A stretch of DNA of 64,000 nucleotides from Glaucostegus cemiculus. Taxonomy: Eukaryota. Shown piece after piece: positions 1 to 11,632 of the stretch. The notes under the pieces were generated by a model that was not told the DNA's origin, did not search any database, and was given only the letters and a program-made list of their open reading frames with translations. The stretch is taken from contig CDPCPM010000021.1 of NCBI GenBank assembly GCA_976551045.1, forward strand, positions 1,736,001-1,800,000. The letters are read 5' to 3'. How positions within the stretch are numbered: the first letter of the stretch is position 1; each line of letters opens with the position of its first letter. Made by a program: the position numbers and the translations under genes.

Positions 1-830
1 GCGGGTGTCGCATGATGAATCCTCTGGGGCTGTCTGGACCTTTCATACGGTGTAAAGTGTGTGCAGTCAGTGCCCTCGTCCGGGTCAGCCTGTGATCCCT
101 CTCCGTGCTCTCTCCCCGCGCCCGGGTGCAGCCAGCCACTTGCCCTTCTGGCAGGGCTGTGCTGGGTGCGGGAGCTCTTGACCGCTGGCCAGCCGGCTGC
201 ACATGGGGAGCCTGTGCAAGCCGCAGCGTGCTGCCCGCCCGGGTGATGCCGCTCCCGTCTGCAGTGCCAATGTCATCTCAACAATTCACTTCAACCCTTT
301 CGGATACACTGAGAGTCCCGGCGCGCCTCTACTGCAATCTCAGCCAGCCTTTCCCTTATCAACTGGAGGAAAAAATGCACTAGCTTTTGTCAATACTTAG
401 CTCTGCTTAGTGAAAAATTTAAGAGGGCGCGTTTAAACCCTTCCTTTTACAAAAGGAAAGAAACCGAGACAGCCCTCAGAGGGTTAAAGGTACTTGGGTC
501 ACCTCCATAGGGAGGGAGAGGTGACACTTGACTCAGAAGAGCACTTAGGCTGTTACCATGACGAATGTTAAATTGAACGTGGCGTTGGAAGTGAGTGTTG
601 TCCTCTCCCACCAATTGATGTGGCACGTTGCGTTGTTTTACAACTCCGAGACTGGCTACCAGTTTCTGTAAACGGCTGCATGTCTGGGAATTTTTAGACA
701 ACGTACTAAGACAACAGTGTAGTAAGATGAAGAGTGCACGTTCCGCGCTACCGGCTGCATTACGGAGAAGTCTCTCATTCTGTAGAGCACCTTGTCGCCT
801 GTCTGTATTGGGGGCCCCCTTCCCCCATTT
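1..830. promoter_or_regulatory. GC/CpG-rich segment (CpG-island-like), candidate promoter or 5' region, probably truncated by the window edge
   Basis: Markedly higher GC and many CpG dinucleotides (e.g. GCGGGTGTCG, CCCCGCGCCCGGG, CCCGGCGCGCC) against an AT-rich, CpG-poor remainder; not repeat-like. Confidence 0.5.
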
Positions 831-1673
831 CCCTACCATTCTGTAGTTGGGAAATCTGAAAATGAGGTTACACAGCATGGGATATCTTCAGCATAAGACT
901 TGGATAGCTTTTGGTTGGATATTCCTTGCATTGTTTCCTATTTCTGCACCTCTTCCTTCCCCTCCAAACCATTTCTCTAATTTCATTAACGCCGTTTACG
1001 TGCATGGTTGTAGGCGATGCATTTTTTTTAAATCGTGGATTTCATTATCAGCAACTCTCCTGGTGCCTTTCTTCATAAGAAATATCGCCCCCACCCTTCC
1101 CCAGTAACCCATTTTGCCACTGTTTCTGAAAGACAAAGCGAAACCTCGTGACAATCAATAATTGAGCAGCAAGCAATTGAATTCTGCGAAGACATGCATT
1201 TAAAATCAAAAGCCCAGACATGCTGTGAGCCTAACTGTCTGGTTGGATTGCAGCAGACATACAGAACCTGTCTACAGAGCTTTGCTGAAAAGCCGCATTG
1301 CTCCCTCTAAACCTAGCATTAAAACATTACTCCATCCAGTGAATTAATCCAACCCCTTTCAGCAAAAGCTGGATATCATTACCGCTGCTGATTCTGGAAA
1401 CACAAGTAAAATGGGCAGCTACACAAAAAACAGCGAGAGATTCTCCTACCTAATCAGAGTGCTTAGACACACTGTGCTGCACTGAGCACAATCATTTCCC
1501 CGTTTGACTGTGAACTATTGAAAGCACATTCTTATGATTTTTCCCCCCATTTTTGAGAACTTTAGCTTGGTGAGTTTAATTTTTTTTGAACAAGCGGGAA
1601 AGTATTTCAGCAGCAAGTCAAAATAACACATTCCTGATTTTTGGTTTTTTTCAAAGCTCTCTTGATGACACAA

Positions 1674-1830
1674 GTCTTTTCCACAGTCACTTTTTTAACT
1701 GGGTGCATGGAGCAGTCTGAGAGCTATGTTCTCCCACAAAGAGCAGGATAACCTTTGTAAATAGGTTAAATAATATAAATTTAGAGTAGATTCTGATGCA
1801 GATTGAATAGATCAGTTATGAGAAGAAAAT
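1674..1830 (+). repeat. Local duplication copy A (partner at 2949-3122)
   Basis: GTCTTTTCCACAG...GAGCTATGTTCTCCCACAAAGAGCAGGATAAC...AAATAATATAAATTTAGAG...GATCAGTTA aligns by eye with 2949-3122. Confidence 0.85.
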
Positions 1831-2948
1831 TAGTTTGGATTTAACTTGGTAGTGCAAGTGCCCTGTTGCTGAATTTAATGTTTTCATTCACCCAATGTGA
1901 AGTTTCACTTTGCTGTTTTATGTTGGTGGAAGTACTAGGTAATGAATAGCTTGGTTGTTACTGAGGGGCATCCTGCAAAGCTCAGGCCATTTTATTTGCT
2001 GTGCATTAGTTCCACTCTTGGTCATGTCGTCTTTTCACCAGCCTCTCAGACTGAGTATTCAGCTTCTTATTTGTGGATCATAATTTATATTTTGAGGTTG
2101 TGCATTACAAGGATCAACTTTTAAGCACCCTGGAGCTTTTTGTTTTGGCCAGAAACAGTCTTCTGACTTTCAAAATTCAGTACCGAACACAGCATGTTAG
2201 TTCAAGGCAGGAAGTGAAAGGCAGTAGATTTGCATTTTTTTTATGAAGAGTGAACACAGTTTAACTGAAGAACGTGCTCTTCAATGGAGCACTCAAGGCT
2301 AAATCATTGATACCTGAGATATAGATTCAAGATTGTAGTCCCTTACTGTTTGAGCCCTTTGTCTTTTGAACATGTCAAATTATCCTCTGTGCACTTAAAG
2401 GACCAAGTGATTATTCATCATGGCGCTTGGATGTGGGGTTATTTAGTAAGGAAGAATTGCAGTCAACCCCTGTCCTCTTCATGCACCGCTCACACTAGCG
2501 TCTGTAAGATTGCAAGATAGTAACAGAACAGAGATTCAAACCATTCCTCCTTTCAGTACATTGGGACAATTGCTCAGTTCACCATTTCGGCTGCAATCAA
2601 AGCCTACATCCTCTTGGAAATATTGGTTCCACATACTTTCACTGAACCATTTCAAACAATAATAAATATTGTTGCAATTTCACGTTTTCTCAAAGGGATA
2701 CAATTTCTGAAATCCATTTACTTTGGTGGGGGGGGGGGAAGTAGAAAAATAATTGTTGCCTAAAATTTAAATGAACGTGAGTTAATTCTCCAGGGAGACA
2801 GACTTCAATGGGCTAAAGCTCAATTGATCTACAGTGGGAAAGGGCAGTGACTGGGAATGTGGGGCAATAGGAATGAGGACATGTCATTTTAATCCAACCA
2901 AATCACCTCAACTTTCACATCCAGTACATTCACAGAAATGTTTGCCTT

Positions 2949-3122
2949 GTCTTTCCCACAGCTGCCTTCTGTTGTACTGTGTAACTGTGTGCAGGGAGCA
3001 ATCTGAAATACTGAGCTGTGTCCTCCCACAAAGAATAGAATAACATTTGTTAACTGGGCAAATAATATAAATTTACAGCAGGTTCTGCTGCAAACTGAAT
3101 GGATCAGTTACAAGAAAAAAAA
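2949..3122 (+). repeat. Local duplication copy B (partner at 1674-1830)
   Basis: GTCTTTCCCACAG...GAGCTGTGTCCTCCCACAAAGAATAGAATAAC...AAATAATATAAATTTACAG...GATCAGTTA; roughly 80% identical by eye, with small indels. Confidence 0.85.
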
Positions 3123-5669
3123 TCCAAAAATGGACAATCAAATCTTCTGTGCACACTTTTTGGCTCCAGAATGTTATAATAGATATATTATTTAACATGA
3201 CAAAATCTGGTAGTCAAGCTGACCTTTGTACAGTTTTTTTTATCAAAAACAGGAAATGGTTGACTGGAAGTGGGAAGATTAAATAAAACTCTGCCATCTA
3301 ACCATATTTTACGATTAAGAAACCATAATTTCAAACTCTACAATATTAGAAATTCTCAATGTTTCAGCCAATTCATTTCACAGGTTTCCTTTAATGCTGA
3401 GCAGTGTCTTTTTGTTTAACACATTGAGATAAAATATTGGTTGTGTGGAACTTGTACCTCTGATAACAGGCCAACCTATTCATTCTTTAAGATGGGGAAA
3501 GAATTTTGACTATCACCAGTTTTCATTCTGAAAACACTAACTAAAGAATATTTTTGATGTTTGAGTTTGTATCACAAGAAGGTAGCTTTAATTAAAAAAC
3601 TCATCTAAGTTGATAAATTTTGTTAATTAAGAAGGATCTGTTAAGAAACCAATATTATGAGGATATTCTAAAGAAAACTGGTTAAATTACATGTTGGATT
3701 CAAATGCTCCTCAACATTGATGTAAGAATAAAATGTTAAATGTCACTGGGGATCAGGCTGGATCATAGCTTTGATCTTGGCTACTTCAAAATCTTTCTGC
3801 AATCTGCCAAGCATCCTAAACCACCTTAACAAAGTAGTTAATTTTTTTAACTAAGCCTTTGTTTTGGAACCCAATATAATGTTTAATTTTCCAAACAAAC
3901 TGTGTGCCTCAAATTTTCCTTTGTAGACTATGTTTAATACATCCCCTCATTTTGTCTGAAATGAAATGCTGACCAAGTTTCAGCCAAGAGTTTTCTGGCC
4001 CTTGTAATCAAAAATGCACTGCCATCTTGCACTGCTGCAGAGGAACCCAGGTTAATGGGTTATAGACAAATGTAGAATTGATCCCTTTGTAAGTCAGTCA
4101 ATGGATAATGCCATGTCCTCCCTTCCTTCTTCCTATAATATTCGTTATTGCAACTTCTTACTGGTGTGAATTACAAATCAAATTCTTGCCTTTCCTGGCT
4201 ACTGAGGTCACCAATCTTGCAAATGTTAAATTTTGTTTTCACCAAAATAACAGATTTAAGCAAGAAATGAGGAGGGTGAAAAAGCACCATCATCCTAGCA
4301 CTGCATAAGTATTGATTTCTGTCTGTCGAGGCATGCTCTATTTATTGTGCAAGGAAATGACAGGGTCAGTTGGATTTAGCTATAATGCCAAGTGCAAGGT
4401 CATTACAAAGATGTTTAAGATAAATTTTATGCAACAATTATTTGTTCATGTTCTGGAATGGCGATATTTTCCTTGTATGACCTGATTGGAATGGGATTTT
4501 GCCCTTTCATATATTTCATTTTTTTCTTTTGTGCAAGTGTTATTTTCAATTATGCAAATCATTATTTAAGCCAGAGGCAATTGACTGAGTGTTTCGCCAG
4601 AGCTTTTGTTTGTTTGTAAAGATACTGAATAAATAGAGGTTGGAGAATGTAACTCTGCAGCAACCTTGAGTACATTATTTAAAAAAAACCTCCTGTACCT
4701 AGGAGTTTAAAGTAAAATCAGCTGTAACAGTACAAAGCTACTTTTGACTGGCTTGGAAAGGTTGCTGAGATGAAAAATAAAAGGCAGCCATCAATAATGC
4801 CTGAAACAGCCTATGCTTTCTCTGCCTAACAGCTTGTGGCTGAAAGGATAGATTTTACACACCAGTGAGAAGAGTAACATTTAGGAATTCTGATTTTTCA
4901 GCACTTTGCTTTCCTCTTTCACGTACTGTTTGCAGTTATGTGAAAACACATGTTCATTCTTAATCCTTAAAGTACAGAAAGTCCTTAGCTGGTTTTGGAC
5001 TAGCCACATGTTTCCTATCATACAACATCTGCAAAACTTGATTCTGCACTTTCTGTTGAACCAGAAGAATGTAGGGATCCAGAGGAAATCTTTCAATCTT
5101 GGTTTTCTCTGTTAGATCTAGACAATTTTCCTTTTTTGAAAAATCCCCATGTAGTCATCAAAAGATTACTTTAAAAAAAAGTTACAGTATAATAACTTCT
5201 TTCTTTCTCAGCCAAATCTCTCATGAAGCAGAACACCATGGATTTGTATACTAAAAAAAAGTTCCAATGTGTGACCTTTGACCAGTGAAAATGTGAGAAT
5301 TTTTTTGTGATTAAACTGCAGTGTTTTATTTTAAATTTGCATTCTGCCAATTTATTCAGATAAAGTATTTCCCTACTAGTCCTGTTCCCCATACATCCTG
5401 TCAAAATGAACCCAATTAATCTGAGAATGGACAAAATAAATGACACCCTATTGAAATGATTATCAGTGGCATACTGTTAACAAATTGGAACTTGCATTGG
5501 CTAATGTTAACCCAGATATGGGGAAGAAAGCTTGTTGGATCTAACCTGCCAACCCTCAATAGTTTTCTTGTCCCTATGGTGTGTTACTCATAGACCTCTC
5601 TTGCTCTCAATGCCTTGACAACATGTGCTTCTATTATTCTACGTAGTATATGTTTGGTATTTGATTCAG

Positions 5670-5871
5670 AAATGAAAAATGCTGCAAGTGCTCAGCAGGT
5701 AAGGCAGCATCAGCTTGGAGAGAAACAGTTAACATTTCAGGTCAAGGATCCTTCATCCCTGAGACCCAAAACATCAACTATATTTCTCTCTCTCCACAGA
5801 TGCTGCCTGACCTGCTGAGTACCTCCAGAAATTTCTGTTTTTAATTAAGATTTTCAGCAGCTGCAGATTTT
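5670..5871. mobile_element. Inverted-repeat (fold-back) interspersed element common in shark/ray genomes, possibly Penelope-derived
   Basis: Left arm CTCAGCAGGTAAGGCAGCATC...GAGAGAAACAGTT is the near reverse complement of right arm TTTCTCTCTCTCCACAGATGCTGCCTGACCTGCTGAG. Family assignment is from memory. Confidence 0.7.
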
Positions 5872-6079
5872 CTCTGAAGTGTGATTGTCTGGGATAAACT
5901 GCTTAAAGCAGTAATGTAGTATAGAACCACAAATGTAGTTTGTTACCATGTTACTTCCTTCTGATTGTGGATTCACTTAAATTGCTAATCCAAATAATTT
6001 GATTTGCAAAGATTTTAGTGCCTTAATATCAAGCACATTGATGTATCAGAATGTGCACTGAATGAACTAGCTAACATCA

Positions 6080-6778
6080 GTGAAGTTGTTCACTTTGGTG
6101 AACAAACAGAAAGACAGTATTTTTTAACTAGGTGAGAGACTGGGTAATGCGGATGATGTTCAAAGGGGCCTTATTTGTCTTTGTACACAGGTCACTGAAT
6201 GCCAACATGCAGCTGCAACAAGTGATTGGGAAGGCAAATAGTATGTTGGCCTTAATTACTGGAGGTTTTGATTACAAAAGGTGTCTTACTGCAATTATAT
6301 AGGGCCTTGGTGAGTCTGCATCTGGAGGACTGTGTACAGTTTTGGTCTCCTTTCATTAGAAAGAATATGCTTTGATGAGGGTGGGCGCAGTGAAGGTTTA
6401 CTGGGCTGGTTTGAGGAATGGTGAGTTTGCTGTATAAGAAGAGATGGAGTAAATTAGGCCTACGTTCTCTAGAATTTACAAAAAAAAATGAAAGGAGATC
6501 GCATTGTAACTTCAAGAATGAGATGAGGAGAAATTTTCTCATGGTGAATTTTTAAAGTTCTCTACCTTGGAGGTGCAAGGGCGCTCAGTGGTTGATTTTC
6601 AAAGCAGAGGGATAGATTTCTGTATATTAAAGGGAACAAGAGATATGGGGATGGTTTAGATAGTTTAGGAAAATAGTACTGGTGGGGGCGGGAGGGGGGT
6701 GGAGATCGACTGTGATCTTGATGAATGAAGCAGCAGGCTTGGAGAGCCAAAGGACCTAGTCCTGCTTCAGGTTCTTAT
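6080..6778 (+). mobile_element. CR1 LINE, decayed 3' part of ORF2 plus 3' UTR
   Basis: Remnants of CR1 ORF2 C-terminal motifs (EVVHFG; LYRALVSLHLEDCVQFWSP), with frameshifts and stops, ending in the typical GAATG..GCAGCAGGCTTG..CCTGCT tail. Confidence 0.85.
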
Positions 6779-7899
6779 TATATTACATTGATTAAAGTAA
6801 TCATGTTGAAAATGCTAATCTGAAGATCATGATGTATCAAGTTTATTGGACAAGTGTAAAGGATCTAAATGAAAGTCATTACAAAGTTTGGAGATGTACA
6901 GCATATAAACGGCCACTTAAGCCCCGTGATCCGGGCTAGTGCTACTAGTACTTCACATCAGCATCCCTAACCGGACAAACTGAAACGTTAGGAAATGACC
7001 TGGAGTATTTCAGATCATAATCTGGGCATCCGACTTGTGACAAAACGCTTGACTTCAAGCTGCAGCTTCTGTAGAGCAAGGGTAATCTCACAAATATGCG
7101 GCCTGTGGATAGGAAAAACTAAAATGTTGCTTTGAGCTACAGTACATCCTTGGAACAAGAGAACCAACCAACCTATTGCACATTCTCAGTTGCCTTTTGA
7201 ACTTTAAGTGATAATACATTTGCTTAAGTCCTCCAAAGTGATCCTGTGCTATCAACATGTATATTGCTTTGTACAATTTGCTTTTGTAGTCAGTGGGGAT
7301 TTAAGTGCTAAATACTGTTTTAGCCAAAGTACGTAAATTATCTCACTTCTGTACATTTATTTTGGGGCGGGTTTCATTTTTTTTATTTGTAGGTCCACGT
7401 GATTACTTTGATTAGTGTCTGTCTTCCACGTTAATTTTTTTTTTGTTCTGCTTTTTGTTTAGTCTGATTGACTAATTGGAGTGCTGACTACCCTTGATCA
7501 TGACTGTTAATCATGTCTTATACAAATGGATTGAAGTGGTTAAACGGTATGTTCAATTTCTGTTTGTGTTGATATGATTAATGACTCTTTGAACAATGTT
7601 ACATAGAGTAAAATTTGCTCTTTATCTGGTAAACATGCACCAAAACGTGGTGCTGAATGGCTAAAATGCTTAGATCAGATTTACCACATGCAGTCTTGAA
7701 GATTAATAGGCCTGATTTTCACGCATTTTCCTTAACTATTGAGTCTGCAGATGGTTTAGCAAGACAATACCCAGAATGTTTATTGTTCTTTATCGATGGA
7801 AGGTCTGCAAGAGCATTGCTTAAGAGGCCAATGCAGTCCAACTGGGTACAAATACAAATGTGACTCTAAATTGTAGGCTTACTTAGATTTTAGAATGGG

Positions 7900-8027
7900 N
7901 NNNNNNNNNNNNNNNNNNNNNNNNNNNNNNNNNNNNNNNNNNNNNNNNNNNNNNNNNNNNNNNNNNNNNNNNNNNNNNNNNNNNNNNNNNNNNNNNNNNN
8001 NNNNNNNNNNNNNNNNNNNNNNNNNNN
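7900..8027. other. Assembly gap (128 N)
   Basis: Run of N characters. Confidence 1.
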
Positions 8028-8431
8028 CAATCTCCTTCATTTTACCCAGCATCTGCTATGGCTTCCTAAGTTCAACACAATCCACAATGTTGCCATCTTA
8101 AGCTCAAACACAGCAAAGATGGTTAATACAAATGCTAATTCTACCAATTGATACGTAAAGTGTCATGTCAAACTGCTATCATTTTAATGGATTTCTATTT
8201 AAGGCATTAAGTCAATCTAAATTGTTGGTCATTGTAGTTAGTGATGATCAATCATTGGTTTTCTCTGTGAAGGCCTGTTTGCTTCTGTTATTTGACAATA
8301 TAATCATGTGCACATCGACATGATAATACCAGTTTAACAAATAGTATTATCTTTTAAGATCATAGTTGGTAGCCTAATGTTCTGGGCTAAGGGACTACTC
8401 TTGTACTCTTCTGCTTTAGCACAAAGAACAG

Positions 8432-8696
8432 AATAAGATTTATTATCAGTGGCATGTGGCATGAAATGCATTGATTTGCGGCAGCAGTACAGTGCAAAAC
8501 CGCAAAATCTATAAATTACAAAAGTAAATAGTGCAAAAAAAATGTAAAATGAGCTGGTGTTTCTGGGTTCATGGATTGTTCAGAAATCTGATGGCAGAGG
8601 GGAAGAAGCTGTTCCTGAATCATTGAGTTTGGGTCTTCAGACTCCTGTACCTTTTCCTTGATAGTAGCAACGAGAAGAGGGCATGTCCTGGATGGT
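8432..8696 (-). mobile_element. Rex1/Babar-like LINE 3' end
   Basis: GGGGAAGAAGCTGTTCCTGAATCATTGAG...CTCCTGTACC...GAGAAGAGGGCATGTCC pattern with TTTATT (antisense AATAAA) at the left end, as recalled for chondrichthyan Rex1-type tails. Confidence 0.7.
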
Positions 8697-11542
8697 CTGT
8701 TCTACTCCGGTTATATCTAATTGGTGGAAGAAAACTTTTTTTTAACTCGGCATGTTTTATGCATGAGATCAATTGACCCTTTTCACAAAATTGTTAAACT
8801 GTGCTTTCTAATTTTAGTCAACTAAAGATGATGATAACCTTAAATAACTGGCGTAATAAATAATGGTTTATAATACATTTGCCTTGAACCTGATTGAAAT
8901 ATTGTTACAGTTATTCAGTGTGGAAGTTGACCTGTAGACTGGAGGTTCATCCGTCACCATTTATCACGTGGCACCAGCTCTGCCCAAGAATACCATGTGG
9001 GGGGAAAAGATCAAGTTTTTAATATTTACAGTTGTTTAAGATGGTCTGTCACATTCAGCATTGAAGCAGTACCTTAACATGTTTGACCCCAAGGGGAAGC
9101 TAGATGTAGGAGAAGCCTGCACTGAAGCATGTATACAGATGTTCACCAGTTGGGCTGGGCGCCATGCTTCTGTTCTGTAAGTTCTTTGTAATAGTTGGAC
9201 ACAGAGTGGAATTGAACCAGTGCCATCTGACTTGAGCAAGTACCTTGTACTGGCAATGTATAACTTGTGCTCCTCCATCCACGCAATTAGTTATACCACT
9301 GGGCAATGGGAATGGCCTGTAGACAGGGCAGTAGAAAGCAGTACAAATCCTCCAGGCACCCATTACCCGTCACAAACATGGCATCACTCATTTGGTGTAG
9401 TGACGTGTGGCTGGCAGGGTATTTTTTTTTTGTTTTTGAGCAGTTGAATATCAGAAAAACCCAGCCAGCAAACGCAACCGTAAATAGCAGAACTTGAAAT
9501 AATAAGATGCAAATGTATAAAATTGCTGCCAGCCGCTGACAAAATTCCATCGTGGGCAGCCCTACAGTATCATTTTGGTCCATGAGAAAGATCATGAAGG
9601 TGACAGCCACCATAATGGAGATTTCTTTTGCTTCTTTAAACAAAAAAATGGAAATTTTATTTAAATATAAAATCCTGGATTTAAGGAATTCCATTTGTGA
9701 GTATTATCCACATACATTTTAAAGATAGTGCTATGTTAACAAAAAAATTGTGCTCAACATGGAGGTTTCAGAATTGAGTTCTATCTCGGGACTGTTGGAA
9801 TTTGATCTCCTGTGGGTTCTTTAAAGCTGAGTGCTGAGTTTCTTTTGCAGTATCCAACTGATCACGTACCATCTGTAAAAGTGCTTTTCTGCATACCACT
9901 GGCTACTGTAAAAGGGCTTCCACTGGATGAAAACACCAGCTTTTTTTAAAAATTTGTATCATTCCACAGGCAAAATGAAATCCTCTTGATCAGATCACTT
10001 GCTTATCTTCATGATGGGTCTGTCATCAGCCTTAAGAGCACCGCATTCTCTTTTGAGATAGGAGTCTTTTGTGAAGCTCATTCCCAGAGTTAAATTATCT
10101 CAGCGATCCAAGGTTCTGGAAGTAGCTGATGAACCTGATTTCGGTTCTGGAACATGCGTGCACCCAGAGAGCGTTAGAATTGATCACGAATGAGTTTAAA
10201 TGTCTCAGTCATTAGACTGCAGCTTGGATTCAACTAAGCTTTTAGGAGGTTCAAAAATGGGGTTTGTAAACAGCCATGCACCGATTTTTTTTATTGAAAA
10301 ATGCTTTGCAGAACATGAATTGTTTGTATCACTAGTGGTTGGTCAGAAGACAACAATGAAGCATGCTATTGCATTATAGTAGATTGGTAATCTTCAAGGG
10401 GGAAGCTTGGCTATTCCAAATATCTGAAGCCACGTCCATTAGTTATTAATTACTGAAGTAAATCATTTTCTGATTTGCTGTACTAAGGATCTTTGTCTCC
10501 ATTTCTAGTGGCAGGATATGGGAGGGAAAAAACCTTTCACTCTCCTGATTGGTTACATTGACTAACAGCTCATTGTAATCTCCAAACCTAATCAGCCGAA
10601 AGGAGATGCATTGGAAGGCTTCAGGCATCTTGCTTTTACTGTGCAATGTTGGCATGTGATGTAAAGGAGGAGGGATTGAGGTAAAGAAAGACTGTAACTT
10701 GAAAGCTTTTGCAACAAAGGCTCAGGATCAAATGAGGCCAGCAGGTTGTGGGGTTTGTATCTTGGCAAGCAGCAGTCAAAACCAGACTGGTGCTTTGGAT
10801 TCGTTCCTACTTTGTTATCTTGCGTTCATTCTTGTCACTTAACTATAGAAGGCGTTTTATTCTTTTCCCAGGTTTCCAGATGTTTTTAGTGTTCTTAATT
10901 AAATTACACAGAAGATACCATTTCTGGATCAGTAATCGCATTATTACTCCTATCTAAACAGATCAAGAGTTTCTGGAAATTATGGTTCAGGGGTGACATC
11001 ATCAATTCCCCTTCGCTCGCCCCTCCAAATAGCGCTGAGTTGACAGAAATTTTCAGGGTTGAGAGAGCCTGACAAATGACTGCCTGTCCCCTCCTCCACC
11101 CTCTCTGCAATACTGAGCTCCTGTCAAGACATGCCTGAGAGCTAACAGTGAGACAAAAGCAAATAGACGGAATTTTTCCATGAATATGAGTGTACTGTTA
11201 CCATCAAAATCCCACAGGAAGGAAGAAAGCTGGATGTATTTTTTTGAACTACAGTGGCTGCTGAGAATTAAAATGAAACCACTTAGCTCTTTTGTTCAGG
11301 CTGAACACATAAGGCTGGGTCAGTTTTTCTTTGAGCCTTTGCAAGAGTAACTATCACACACCTCCCTTAGAATATTCACTTAACATTGATAGTGCAAATT
11401 TGCAATTTGATTCTTGATTCAGAGCTTACTGGGTATGAAACGTGTACTTATAACTTTTGAGATAACAACATTTTAATTGCAGTATCTTCAAACATTAAAG
11501 AAATACATTCTGACACACCAATCTTGCTCGTTTGCCCCCTAG

Positions 11543-11632
11543 GTTACTCGAATCTCTATGCCTTTGGATCAGCAGTTAAGTCCAGCAAAAGAGCAATGTG
11601 ACTGAAACCATCTTTAGCTGATCTACACGAAG
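11543..11632 (+). ncRNA. Candidate 90-nt non-coding exon of the miR-181 host transcript
   Basis: Acceptor TCTTGCTCGTTTGCCCCCTAG| and donor AAG|GTAGGG; stop codons in all three frames; same strand as the miRNAs. Confidence 0.35.

Noticed and set aside
61-878. Overlapping ORFs of 61-143 aa in the GC-rich start
   Set aside because: Expected in GC-rich DNA with few stop codons; they occur on both strands and show no recognisable domain.
7895-8101. ORF of mostly X residues
   Set aside because: Artefact of the N gap.
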